Of a DNA stretch of 64,000 nt, positions 13,801-28,100 are shown one piece after another. The stretch covers positions 225,439,741 through 225,503,740 of the forward strand of contig CM041465.1 in the NCBI GenBank assembly GCA_023213395.1, given 5' to 3'. This stretch comes from Cycas panzhihuaensis. Lineage: Eukaryota > Plantae > Cycadophyta. The notes under the pieces are model-generated. The model was given only the letters and a program-made list of their open reading frames with translations. It made no database searches and was not told the origin of the DNA. The position numbers and the translations under genes were made by a program. Numbering within the stretch: the first letter of the stretch is position 1; every line of letters begins with the position of its first letter.

Positions 13801-14099
13801 GCCTCCCTCCCAAAAAAAAAAACCCTTTTTTATTTAAGAAAAAAACAAAGAAAACCTAAAATGTCCATAGCCACTAAACATTTTAGTGTCCCACTCAATT
13901 AAAATTTAGAAAAGTTAGTTTAATATTATTTCTCATTCTCCTTCCCCCTTGTAAATTATTTTCTCAAAAGTTTTTCACTTGTTTCCTCCTTTTAACACAG
14001 ATAGTTTGATTTCCTTCATATATAGTTGAGATTATAGTTCAAATAATTTATTTGATATCTTGAATTTGTAAAGTGTGTTTTTCTGGTATCTTTACTAGT

Positions 14100-17000
14100 A
14101 TCTTCTTATTAATATCCTGGAAGGCTTTCATAATGGGCTCTTTTCGTTATAGTTCTTGTTGTAGACCATTGTCTTTTTATGTCCTTTAAGTTGTGGTTTT
14201 CAATTGAGTTATGAGATCCTCAATTGCTTTGTCTTATTGTTTTATCTGATTCTTCAATTAAACGATATTGGCTTGTTTTTTAGGTTCAAGATTTCTTGAA
14301 GCATAACAATTTTACTTATTGAACAGCCTCACTTTGTCTAAATTCAACTTCTTTTAATTCCTTCTCAGTTTGCGGGCTAGTTTTCAGTTTCATGTGAACC
14401 AAATTTAGTAATGGTAGTTGTCAACAAGCTTTACACCTTTATATTTTCCTTAGCTTATGCAAAGGTATCTTTGACTTGTTACAACAATTGTTCTTGTAGT
14501 TGTAATAACTGATCATCTATTTCATTTACTTTCATCCTTTGAAGCTCAATGGCCTACCATTCAACCTTTGTTAATTCACATAGTTCATTTATTTATGGTT
14601 AGGTGGTTGGCTCTTACTTTTTCTATGGTTGTCCAACTTTGTAGAATTTCTTCATCAGAAACTACATTTGAGTCAATAACCCTGATGCCATTTTTTTCAA
14701 TTTTCTTCTTTATCCTTTTTGCTTTTGGTTTTGTGATCTCTTTTGCCCTCTATTTAGATCTCTCTTTAGTGACGTTCTAAGTGCCAGTTTCCTTGTCTCA
14801 ACCTTGGTATCTCACGCTAGTTTTCATTTTAGTTTTGGAGATCTCCTTGTATTCTTGTTTTTTAGGGTTTTCTCATCTTTTTCTTTTTTGCTCTGCCTTT
14901 GGGTAACCTTAACGGTTCATGTTTTTGCTTTTTCTATTTATAAGGAGATGACTATAATAGGTGGCTCTGCCATAGGGGTACTAGAAGATGCACTTGTATT
15001 TCCTCTTCGTCTTTTATATGTTTTAATTTTTGATAGATATTGGTGTAAAATTGAGTTTGGATGCCCTTGTTCATATCACACTTTTTCATAAAGGGAACCC
15101 ATTGTAGCAGTATTTAAGTGTTTATTGGGATGCTCATTATTGGAAAATTAGTTGGATATTGTTCAAACATCAACATCAAAACTTGGGTGAATGAAATTCA
15201 GTTTTACAAATGTTGTTTCTAGGAGTAATTGGATTTACCTCTTCCTTCTTTTGAATAATGAAGTCACACTAGTTGTATTTTTCTTTGAATGTTATTATTA
15301 TTTTTTTAAACTGGTGCATATCTAGTAGCGAAGTACTGAGTCTTCTGGCAAAACAATTGTTAGGCCATTGCAAATTGAGTCATACATTTGAATTTTTGAT
15401 TAACAACATTATGTGTTTGAATTCTTATTGCACTCTTGTTTGGTATTTGACTAAGCTCCAATGGTATTTGACGTTAGCCAACTTGTTTTCTAGAGACTAA
15501 TATCTGTTTCACTTATAACTCTTGCCACAATTTCTTCTATGGATCTTGCTATGGTTACTTTTGACATATCTCTTAGACTAGGATTGGTGGTGATGAGATT
15601 CATTGGCTTCCCCAAGAAACCATTCACCACTTGTAGCGGAGGAACTTGTATCCATTTCTCTAACTTGACTTTTCAAATGGTTATTTTTCTCTTGTCATTA
15701 TGTGGTAGGGATAGCCATTTCATACAAAGAACTTGCCATTTGTTTTCCTATGTGGATTGCCACTTTTGCTATCTTAATAAGCAAGAAATTGAACTCCTCT
15801 CATCAACTCTAACCTTTGATTTTTTTTTATTTTGCACAAATGACAAAATAAGGTCCTTTGCCCACTTTATTGGATAATTTTAGTGTAAACAACTTTACTT
15901 TCAGTTTAGACAACCTTACATTTTAGAGGAAGTCTTATGACTTCCGATTTTTAAATGTTATTTTTTGAATTGTGACTCTTGGTTTTTGTGTGTATTATGT
16001 TGATCTTGGTTTTTTTTGCATTATGGGAACTTTAGTTTTGTGGGTAATTGATATTTTGTTTTTTCCTTTTTGTTTCCATGCCTTTTGATGTAAACGTTTT
16101 GGTTTCTAACCTTACTTTGTTTTGGTTCATGTCTGATTTGATGTAATTTTGTGATTCTTTCCTAGTTTTGCTAATATGTTTGGGTTTTCTCTCTTAAACA
16201 TAATCATAATCACTTTTACTGCTGACCTTCTTGTTTCTTTCCATGTGATAATAGATTGTGATCTTCTTGTTCCTATCTATCGTAACTTTTTTTCATATTT
16301 TTTGTTGTTTTCTAATTTTTATGAGTAAGTTGATTCTTGTTTTGGTCAAGAATCATTATTGTAGTATTTTAGTTTTTAATCTAGCTCCTTGGCTTTCCGT
16401 TCTCATTTCTTTTACCTCCATTTCTTTCTTTGGGGGGTGTAATTTATAATCTAATTGTATATAATGATGTTTCCTTGAGGCTATATTCCTCGACTCGCTT
16501 GAAAGTTGAGCACAGGGGGACTTGGTGTCTTAACTAGTTTATCTCACCATTCCCTTGATAGTTCACTTGTATTTGAAGCAGGAGATAGTGATATAGTTGC
16601 CATTTCATTTATCTTCAAATCCTTCCAATATTTAGAATCATCCTCTTTTTTGTTGGGAGACTTATTTTCTTCCTTAGTCATGTGGAAACAACTTATTTCG
16701 CTTCTTCCATGTGCTCACTGCGTCTAGCTTCTCATAATGTGAGCCATGTCTATTGATTGCTTATCCTAACTGTGGTTGTAAGATTCTTGTGAAAGAGAAG
16801 TTTCCCTTACTTCCCCAATGTAATGCTCCTATTGATGATATGTTGTATGAAGGTTGGAGGAGTTGTTATCATTAATTCATTCAAAATTATGTCCTTATGA
16901 TACCGTGTGTAATTTAATTTTGTAATCATCTTTGTCTAGTGTAAATGTAATTTTTCCTTAGCTTTGAATTGCCTTAGTAGTAATGATCCATGGCCATCCT

Positions 17001-19450
17001 GATAAGGCTTGAGAAGTAAGAACTCCAAGTTGCATTTTAAACCCAACAAATTCTTGTATTGTTTGAATGCTAGCCACCTCAATGGTTTGGTTGTATAATA
17101 CTCCTAGTGGCCTTAATTGCATTTGATTGGCCGATTTCATTGAGAAGGTGGCTTCAATTGAGCCTGGATGTACTAATTTTTTCCATGTTTTCTCGAACAA
17201 AATATTGGACCTAGATCCTCTATCTCCTATTGTACCAGAAGATAACAAATTTGGAATTGTCATGGGAGCTTGTGGATTGTTATTCATTTAATTTTGTATG
17301 TGATTGACACCCATTTGCGCTTTTTTCCTTGAGTGAGGTCTACATAATTAGAGTGGATGATTCAAAGTACCTTGTTTGTTGTCATTTAAAACCTTCAATA
17401 AATGGTATGACTATTCAAAATTCATTTGCCAATTGTTGTAGGTTTGGTAATGTTTTCTCCATGGATAATGTGACTAATTGTTGGAAAATATTATTTTTTA
17501 GGGTTGATTTTTGTGTTTCCACAAAATCTTTTACTCATCATTATTTTCCATGAGACATTTCTGTAGCTTGTTTTTTTGTAGCTACTTTTGTCTTAGCTTT
17601 TACGACCACCTTCCTGGTGCCAATTGTTCCAATGTTTTTCTTTTGCTTGCCTTGGACATTTGCTCTTTGTTTTTGCTACAAATGTTTAAATTTTTTTAGT
17701 TCATCTAACACTACTGCAACGTTGTTTGTTGTGTAACACTTTTTGCAACTCACAGGGGACAATTTTCTTTATTGCGAACCCATTTTGAGCACTTGAAGCA
17801 TTATAAAATGAGAGCTTTTTCCTTACCTAGGTCTTCTCTTCATCCTTTCTTCAAGTAGGTTTCGAGTAGATCCGCCGCTTCAAAAACATCATTGACCACC
17901 ACTTTTGTGGCCTCGACCTAGATTTGTGCCAACATTCTTTTATGTTGTGTGTTGGTACTTGGCATTTTTCTCTCCATTTTTCTATCATTCTTAGTATGGT
18001 TTCCCCACGGTTTTTCTAATTTTGTAGCCTTAGTCTAGCTTTTTTTTGACTTTTTGATTAATGTAGTTACATTTGATTTTGATGGGGTTTTTGTTCTTTT
18101 GGCTAATCATGTTGATTGTAAGTCATTTCTTTGGCTTTGTAATCTTTACACATCATGCCTCCATTTTGGTGTGCAAAGATGGTTTGCATTTTAAATTTGA
18201 AATATAAGGATGTGCACCTGGCTTATGGATTTGTTTTCACAGAATGATGTTGTAATTGGAGTTGCTAGTAACCTTGTTAAGGAGCATCTCATAAGGAATG
18301 GGCCATCCACTACCTTTCACTTTTTTGGCTTCAAAATGTGAATTTAGGCATCATAATCTTGAATAGTTTCTCCATTTGGTTTTTGATATCCTATAAGGCA
18401 TTGTAAATTGTGGTTAGATCCCTTAAAGTTTGAAATCTATCTAAAAAGGCTTTCTAGACTTCTTCCCAGTCAAGTGGTGGTGTGAATGTGTTTATACGAA
18501 GCTATTTTGGCATTGCATAATGTTACAAAGAATTGTGGTTTAATTTGTTCACTAACTTTTATCTTTTTCAAATTTATGTAGTTTTGAAATAATGATAGAT
18601 GATCTATAGGGTCTCCCACCTCATCATATTTCAAATGTGAGAAGGTGTTACTTGTGTCAATAATTGATTGAATAGTATTCCTTGAAGTAGTGCCCACATT
18701 ATTTGAGAAGTTCTTTTCTTTACTGTTATTATTGTTGTTGCTACTTCCTCCACCATCTATAACCACATAAGCACCAAAGGACATTCTTTGTACTAACAAA
18801 TTTGGTTGTATCTCTTCGATTATTGGTTTGCTTCTTGAAGTGTTGGGTGTACTTCTCTTAATTTGCTAATTTTTTGAGTAACTGAATTGTCCTTTTATAG
18901 TGGTGTAGTAAATTCTAGTAACTTAAAAAAATCCTTCTTTGATTCTTGATGAATTTGGCTTGTTGTCATTGCCTATGTTATTCTTATTAGTTGTATTAGT
19001 AGCCAATTACTCCCCCATCGTGTGAACTTCTTCACCTGAATAATCCATTTCTTCCACTGAACTACGTTTTTATTCATCATTTCCTACAAAGCATGGTTGT
19101 GGAGTAAGGATCCCTTATTGCTTACTTGCTTTTGTCTCTAATTTTTTCTTTTTTCTATTTTTTTTTTGGGATGTCTCTTTTGGGCCTCTTCTTTTCCTTG
19201 TAATCATCTTTCTCTTTTCCCTTATGAAATGTTTTAATGCTTTTACTCTGGGCATTCTCCTTCCACATTTTGTTTCTTGTACTATCTCTTCTTTCTCATC
19301 TCTCTATTCTTTCATGGTGGTGTTCAAATGTCCATGGTAGCTTTAGAGGGCCCTTGGCTATATTGGTGTTTATTTGCTAGTTGTGTTTAAACTAGCTAGG
19401 GTTGTTTATCTTATTATTCTTAACCATCATATTGCTTTTTAATCTCCTCC
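14100..19450 (-). mobile_element. Ancient decayed Ty3/Gypsy element (gag and aspartic protease relics); ends not defined
   Basis: ORF 18470-18799 YDEVGDPIDHLSLF is a Gypsy gag YDG..DP..HL..F motif. ORF 16958-17287 IGDRGSRSNIL...FSMKSANQMQLRPLGVL...ALSGWPW is a retropepsin-like D(G)GS..NI / LLGRPW pattern. No LTRs or TSD found, so the outer span is tentative. Confidence 0.5.
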
Positions 19451-20047
19451 CACTGGTTTGATTTTTTGTTTTTGCTGCCTGGTTTTGATACACTTTCATC
19501 TCCTAGCCTGAAGAATTGACTATGCATATTCTGGGAGATACAATAAGTTCAAAACAGGCAATGGAACCAATGTTACTAGAGAATGAGCTTTCCTTATAAA
19601 CCCAGGTTAGAGAAGATGGATAGGAGTGGTACTCATAGCATTAACCACATGCATATGCAATAAGAAATGAGAAAATACTAGTAAATCTCCAAAATCTCAT
19701 TGATTCAAAATAATAAATTATATCAGACATATATAGAGCTACGTATCTTATATGTTCACTAATGGCCTACCTTATTTTAAAGTCAACTCCTACTGTAATT
19801 TATGGTGGGGACTTAATCACTAGCTTGATTTATTTTAATCTCCTTCATTAATAACTTGTATAAGAATATTCCATGTGAGAAAATATTCTAATGACATAAA
19901 AGATGAACTTAAGTGAACATTTAATGTGAATGGACATTACTTCTAACACCCTTCCATAATGTCAAGTTTATTTTCTCTCATTAACATTAGTGTCCTGAGT
20001 CTCTCAAACTTCTCATGGTTCAAAACCTTAGTGAAAATATCAACAAT

Positions 20048-20381
20048 TTGATCTTCTGAGGGACAATAGATCAATTCAATTGTGCCATTCTCTACTTACT
20101 CTCAAATAAAGTGATGATGGATTTTTATATGCTTTGTTCTAACGTGGAAAACTAGATTCTTAGAAAGTTGTATGGCACCTTGATTGTCGCAGAACAACTG
20201 AGTTAGGTCATGTTTTGGTCTTTTGAGGGACAATAAATCAATTCAATTGTACCATTTTCTACTTACTCTCAAATAAAGTGATGATGGATTTTCATATGCT
20301 TTGTTCTAATGTGGAAAACTAGATTCTTAGAAAGTTGTATGACACCTTGATTGTTGCAGAACAACTGAGTTAGGTCATGTT
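20048..20381. repeat. 167-bp tandem duplication inside the RNase H region of Copia A
   Basis: gagggacaatag/aatcaattcaattg...gttaggtcatgttt occurs at 20058 and 20225. Confidence 0.9.
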
Positions 20382-23300
20382 TAACAAGTCTAAAATGATT
20401 AAGAAGTCCTCTAAGCCAAATGACTTCATAGGTTGCTGTAATTGCTGTTTTGTATTTTGCCTTGGTGGAAGACAAAGAAATTGTAGATTGTTTTTTATTG
20501 CTTCAAAAGATAAAATCAGAACTAAGTGCAAATGCATATCCTAATGTTGATTTTCTCTCATCAGCATCCCTTGCCCAATTTGAGTTGGTAAAGCCCTGCA
20601 ATTTAAACTTAGATGATTTTTGAAACAAGAGTCCAAACTGAATTGTTCCTTAAACATATCTTAGAATGCACTTTGCTGCCTCCTAATGTGTGGTAGATGG
20701 AGCATTCATGTAACGCGATATAACACCAATTGCATAGTTGAGATTAGGCATAGTGTTAGTCACATAAATGAGACTACCCACCAGTTGCCTGTACAAAGTT
20801 TTATCTACAAGTTCAACACCAGATTCCTTAGTTAATTTAAGACCAACTTTCATAGGTGTAACAATTGGCTTGTAGTTCTCTATATGGAAGCATCTCAAGA
20901 TATCATGTACATATTTTGACTGAAACATGAAGATGTTGTTACTCTTCTACCAAATTTCCATCCGAAGATAGAAATGAAGAAGTCTAAGATCAATCATCTC
21001 GAAAGTTTCAAACAATTGCTTTTTGAGAGTATTGATCTTTTTGATGTCACTACCAATTATGATGAGATCATCAATATATAAAGCTACAATTAAGATTTCA
21101 TCACCGTTATGCAGTACATACAAGCTGTGATCTAATTCATATCTAGTGAAATCAAGAGAGATAAAGTGATCATCAATGTGCGAATACCACGCCCTTGGTG
21201 TTTGTTTAAGCCCATAGAGAGCTTTATTCAATATGCAAACAAGCTACTCATGACCCACTTATACAAATCCTTTAAGTTGCTTTATGTAGACCTCCTCATC
21301 AAGAATGCCACCCAACTAAATTGAGTGGCAAGAAACACTAGCATCCTAATAGTAGTCATCTTTGCTACTTGTGTGAAGGTCTCTTCAAAGTCAATTCCTG
21401 CTATTTGAGCATAGCCTGTTGCAACAAGTCAAAGCAACACCATCTGAATGATACTTAACTTGATACACCCATTTTCAACCAATTACTTTCTTTCTAGGAG
21501 GTAACACAACAAGATCCCGAGTGTCATTTTTGATGATGGAGTCATATTCACTGTTCATGGCTTCTTGCCATTGAGGTGAATCATTGGCTTCATGAAATAA
21601 TTGTGGTTCATCAATACTTAAGATTTTTGACATTTTTTGCTCCTAGTTTGTATGTCTAAGTCAATATTCATAATGTCAGAATCTTGAATGGTTTGTAGAT
21701 ACCAATTAGGTAATTTTCTTTGTGAAGAGGAAGGATCACTCGAATATGGAGGAATAGAGGAAGTAGAAGCTTCACCATAACTGCTCTTAGTTTCGCTTTC
21801 CTCACTCACTCTGATTTCTTCACCTCTTAGTTTTTCATCACTTACAATAGGTACAATGACCTCATCCTATTCATTAGTTTATTGATATAGGACCTCTCTA
21901 GTAAGAATAATTTTCTTCTCGGCGAGACTCCAAATCCTGTATGCTTTTGATGCCAAACCATGTAAGAATACACTTTTTACTCTTGTTATCAAGTTTGTGC
22001 CTCTTTTCCTTGGGTGCATGTGCATAGGTTGTACATCCAAAAATGTAAAGAAGAGCTACAAAAGGTTTTAGACTAGACCAGGTTTCTTCAGGAGTTACAT
22101 TTCGAACTACCTTAGTAGGGCTTATATTCAATAAGTAAACAACTGTATTGACTGTTTCTCCTTAAAGACCTTGAGAAACATCTTTTGCCTTTATCATACA
22201 TCACGCCATTTCAAGAATGGTACAATTCTTTCGCTCTGCTACACTATTCTACTATGGAGTGCACATTGTTGTAAGTTGATGTTAGATTCCATGACATCTA
22301 CAGAAGTTGGTGAATTCAGAAGAGAGATACCCACCTCTGTTATCATTCCTCAAGATCTTAATCTTTTTGTTAGAAAGATTTTCAATTTTGGCCTTGAATT
22401 CTTTAAATCTTTCAAAAACATTTGATTTATCCTTAAGTGTTGAAAGATAATGTTTAATGTGTGAATGTTCAATGTATTTAGGTATAAGTTATGTCTTAAG
22501 GATTAATGTGGTAGTCCTAAGTATTATGTAATGGTCTATAATGATATTATCTAAAGTCCAATAGGGATGTTAAGTGATGTCGTTAAGCATGTTTATATGT
22601 AACACCTAATTAGTTGGTGAAGTGGTTGTTCTTTTTGGTTGGAGGAGTTAAAGACAAGTCCAAGTATAAATATGTATTTGTTTTCCTTCAATAATGATTA
22701 ATACATCAAAGTTTGATACCCATATTTTAACATGGTATCAGAGCAAGTTTGCCTGTAGTTGGCCATTTGAAGGATATTGTGTGATTGTGGGGAGATAGTA
22801 GAAATTTCATTCAAGAGGCAGTCAAAAGATTAATCAAAAGAGCCGAACATCCGTAGCCATCTTTGAGTTTTTATGGCTTATTGAAATCTTGTTATCAAAC
22901 GAGAATAGAAACCATAGTTGTTCCTACCCAAGTTTATGGAGTGCATACACGGGTGTTTGGTGTGAAGAAATTAAAGGTTGAACTGTTGGGACAATTGATG
23001 TATTGCAGGGTTTGAGTTGAAAACTATTGTGAACCCCTATGCTCACTGTTAAGGTCTCTGCCCTTAATGGAGAAAAGAATTCGTATATGAAAGTAGTTGC
23101 CACAAATGGACATATAGTAGAGATCTTTGTTCTGTGCTCAGTCTGAATCATTGCCATAGTAATTTAGATCGCTCACTATTGTCTTCTTTAAACGTAAGTA
23201 CCTTGACTACCATTTGCGACTATGTAAAAGCAAAACTTGTAAAGAACACTTGGAAAGATATATGTTTGAAGCATTGTGAAGAGAAGCCAAGATCCTTGCC

Positions 23301-25110
23301 TAGAGTGGGATAGCCATTCACTGAGAATAATCTACGTTGAAATAATCTTTGAAGATTTGTTTGTAACTGAAGAAGCTGTAGAAGATCGTGAGTGTTTGTA
23401 GTAATGATGAAATGGAGCCTACAGTGAATGGGAATCAGCGTCTTGCTCTATCGTGAAGGTCTACGTTGTCTTCTGCATCCAATAAGTAATCTCCTCACAA
23501 AAGTGATCACTTCAAATTATGATCTGTGTTGCACTATTAAGTCAAATGTCTACCTACAGAGAGCCAGCCATAGATGGAGGGCATGTCTGTGAAAGAAGAA
23601 CAAACTACAGGCATAAAGTAATCATCTATCGAAGAACAAAAAACATTGGTTGCACGGATTATGAGATATGGCGTATAGTGTAGAGGTCCGTTCCATCTCG
23701 ACTTAGAATATCTAATGCCTCGATCGTGACAAATAGATTGGTGCATTCCGTGCATCACTCTGGCGCTCCTCATTGCATTCTACGATGGCAACATCGTTTG
23801 GGGTTACGATCTCAATGGAATTTATCAATGGAAGGGTTGAACTCAAGTTCGTTTCTGTCGGGGATCGTTGGGGCTTCTAGTAATCGGAATCCAAATAGGC
23901 AGATTCGGTGCGGATTAGAGCTTTATATTTTGGAATTGAGTCGGGAGGCGTTGCTTTTTAGGTGTTCATGCCATCTGGTAGTCGGCTCGAATACATGACA
24001 AAGTGGAGACGGGTTGGGCATTCATTCATTGCGATGAGACTTGTCGTGATGGCGGTTGCCATGGTGTGCAGAGCAAATGATGACGAGGATAGGCATGTGT
24101 GTTTAGGTTGCCAGGACATAAGTTCGCAAGGTTTTTTGCATTAGTGGCTATAAAGTAAGCTGACAGACTTCGTCTCGATCTGTTAGGTTAAGATGGATTG
24201 TAATGATCATTGGAGAATTCACGATCAATGCTAATTAAGTCGTTACCAAATTTGCGCAGGTGAATTGTTTAGGTTTAATCGTTTTTCAAAGTTAAGAGCC
24301 AAATTTAGTTATATTAGAATCTATTTCAAACCTGCATGGACATCAATTTGAATAGGGGAGATTAATTAGTTTTGGAAAGTGCGAATATGGATTAATTGAA
24401 TTGAAATCTAATTGAGATCCACGGACATAAAATAGAATAAGGCAGATTTTAGTTTTTTTGTAAGGTCAAATTGAGATTAAGTTAGATTGAAAAGTTGATT
24501 GAGCTCTGCCAGCTCTCTTGTCATTAAGACCGTGGTCATATGAAGCCTTATTATGACTAACTGCTAATTTGTTAAAAGGGGCTAATCTCTAAATAACATA
24601 AGTTATTCTTCATAAAGGGGTGTTTGAACATTTTCCCTTGTATCTCTCCATCCAGGCATCAATTTTTCAAATAGTCTGAGGCGTTGGAACCATACTTTAG
24701 AGACAGATGTGTTGGTATGGAATTTAAGGTATTTTTCTGCTAATTTGACATATTTGTTTAGGTTGAAGTAGGTGTATTCATACATCATGGAGTTGAGTGA
24801 TCTTATTACTTTTGTGCCAAAAAAGAATGAATTTTGGATGACCGATAGTAACACAACCTTGCCTAAATATATTGGAACAAATTTTTAAATTTGGAAAATA
24901 AAAATGGAATGTATATTTATGTTTAAAAGGCTATGGAAAATTATTGATGATCTTGCATCAATTAATGAAGAAGGGGAGAAAATTTTCAAGAAGAACATAA
25001 TAGCCATTGATGTGATGTTTGCATCTTTTGACAAGAAAAATCTTTCTCCTTACCAATTCCTTATTCATACACTTCAAAATATTGACTTAGCTAAAGAGGC
25101 ATGGAATTTG

Positions 25111-28100
25111 TGTTGGATATTGTGACAACAATTATGGGGCTAAAATTGTGGCATGTTTTCGGTGCGGTTTCCCCCCCTAATCTTTCTCGGGGGGTTCCAA
25201 GGGGCGGATCGAGGGTGCGGGTGTGGAACGCCTGTTAGAGGGTTCGAGGGCGATAGCCCCCGACCCAAAAAATTAGCTATGTAAACCTTATCAAAATGTA
25301 AAGAGAATCAGGGTCGTTCGATACAAATACCCTAGATTCTACGGTTGAGATTTAGGTCTTGAATGTTCCTCTCATGTAGCCCGTTTTAGGGCTTTTCTTA
25401 TTATGTTGTAATGTAATGCAATGTACTGTGATGAGGGCGGCGGTTAGTTGTTGTTCCTGATAGCACTCTGTAACTGAGATGTACTGTTTCTCCATTCTAC
25501 AACAATAAAGATTGATACCTTTCCTGTGTGGATGTTTCTCTAGCACATTGCTAGGGTTTTACCACGTTATATCGGGTGCATATGTGATGTTTGGCTTTCA
25601 TTTTCATGTTATTGTATAATCTCTGATTTTAGAACTTGCATGTAATTTTAAGTTTTGATTTCTGTAACTAGTTGTAAGAATGCAATAGATCTTGGTGGCT
25701 ATTAAACGGTTGGGACCCTGTATTCTCAACAAGTGGTATCAGAGACACTTTTTTTCTTGCAGCGAGTTTGTGAAGGTTTTGGTGTCGGCTTTTCTACACC
25801 AAATGGTGAAACTAGCAGGTGCAAAGTTTGAGGTGGAGAAATTTAATGGCAAGAACAACTTAGAGTTGTGGAAGCTAAAAGCGTATGATATTCTTGTACA
25901 GCAGGGGTTGTACAAAGCCCTTGCAGGCAAATCGAAGAAATCCGCAGGGATGGACGATGATGAATGAGATGATTTAGACAAAAAGGCACTTAGCACAATA
26001 CGATTGTGCTTGGCGGATGAAGTTTTGTTTAACATCGCAGGGGAGCAGACAACGGTAGGATTATGGACCTGGTTGGAAGGCCTGTATATGACCAAATTAG
26101 TAACGAATCGAATCCACCTGAAGAGGCAACTGTACTCGTTATGGATAAAGGAAGGTACAAAAATTGCTGACCATTTAAATGTTTTTAATACTCTTATTTG
26201 TCAATTGACTAGTATCGATGTTAAAATTGAGGATGAGGACAAGGTCATTACCTGCTATGCTCATTACAGATTACAGGATAATATTGTCACTTCAATTAGT
26301 TTTAGTTTTAGCACTACGATGAATTGGAATATGATTACATTGTGAGTGCTTTGCTAATGGAAGAAGTGCGGAGGAAGTCTAGTCTTGAAACCTCCACACC
26401 AGAAGCCATGACAGTAAGGGGTAGAACGTTTGAGAGAGGACAAAACTCCAAGGATACATCGAGGTCAAAGTCAAAGAGCAAAAGGAGTTAGCTCAGGTGT
26501 TGGCATTGTAATAAGACCGGTCACCTCAAGAAGGATTGTTACAAAAGGAAAAAGTTCCAGAGAAAGGAAGATCTTGCCAAGGAGGCGAATCAGGTGGAGT
26601 CAAATCAAGGTATGGATGATGATGTCTTGGTCGCTTGTAAAGTTTCTCATTATCACCATGATTGGTTATTAGATTCAGGTGCTTCACACCACATGTGTCC
26701 ACACAAGAGTTGGTTCTCATCATACCAACCTCTTGATGGTGGTGATGTGTTTATGGGAAATGAAGTTTCTTGTAAGACAGTGGGCACTGGTAGCATCAGA
26801 ATTAAGATGTTCGATGGGGTAGTTAGAACATTAACTGAGGTTAAACATGTACCTGATTTGAAAAGGAATATGATTTCCTTGGGTGAATTAGATTTGGGTG
26901 GTTTTAAGTATACAGGTCATAAAGGAGTCCTAAAGGTGTCAAAGGGCGCCTTGGTTGTTATGAAAGCCTTAAAGAAAGGAAATCTTTACATTTTAGTGCG
27001 AAGTACAGATGTCAGCCAAGCAGCTACAGCATCAAAGACTTGGGCACATAAGTGAGAAAGGACTTAAGGTGCTGATAAATCGTAAGTTGCTTCCTAACTT
27101 GCAGCTTTCAGACTTGGCTTTCTGTAAACATTGTGTTTTTGGAAAACAATGTAGACTCAGGTTTAAAGTAGGGAGTCACACTAGTAAAGGCATTCTGGAT
27201 TACATACATTCAGATGTATGGGGACCAAATTCTAAAATATCTTATGGAGGATCATTGTATTTTGTCACATTTATAGATGATTACTCCAGGAAGGTATGGG
27301 TCTATTTTTTGAAAAGGAAATCTAAAGTTTTCAGTGTGTTTAAGTAGTTCAAGGCTTTAGTTGAGAATAGTACTGGTAAGACAATCAAATGTTTAAGAAC
27401 TGACAATGGAGGTGAGTTCAACTCCTTGGAGTTTGAGAACTATTGCAGAGAAGCTGGGATTAAAAGACACAAGACCACTAGCTATACTCCACAACAAAAT
27501 GGCATTGATGAGCGCATGAATATGACACTCTTGGAAAGAGCAAGAAGCATGCTAAGTAATACAGAAGTGGAGCAGGGCTTGTGGGCAGAAGCTATTCAAG
27601 CTGCTTGCTATCTGGTAAACAAGTCACCATCACTTGCAATAGATTGTAAAATTCCTGAAGAGGTATGGACTGGATATCCATGTGATTATTCAAATTTAAA
27701 AGTTTTTGGTTGCGATGCTTATGCCTGGACTGACAAAAGTAAACGTTCAAAGTTAGACCTAAAATCCAAGAGATATATCTTTGTTGGTTATGGTGATAAG
27801 GATGGTGTGAAGGGATACAGGTTGTGGGATCCTACTGCCCACAAAATCACCATTAACAGAGATGTCATATTTGATGAATCTCCCCTTGTAAAATCAGACA
27901 GTGTAGAAGCTGAAATGAAACAGGAGCACCAAGATGAACATCAACAAGTCAAGTTTGAAATGCATCCATCTGTGGAATCAGAAGAGCATGAAGATCTTTA
28001 TGAAGATGAATCAGCAGTAGATTCACAGGAGTATGTGGACACTCCTCTGCCAATAGTTAGAAGATCTACACGAGTTAGTCATCCGCCTGACAGGTACAAT

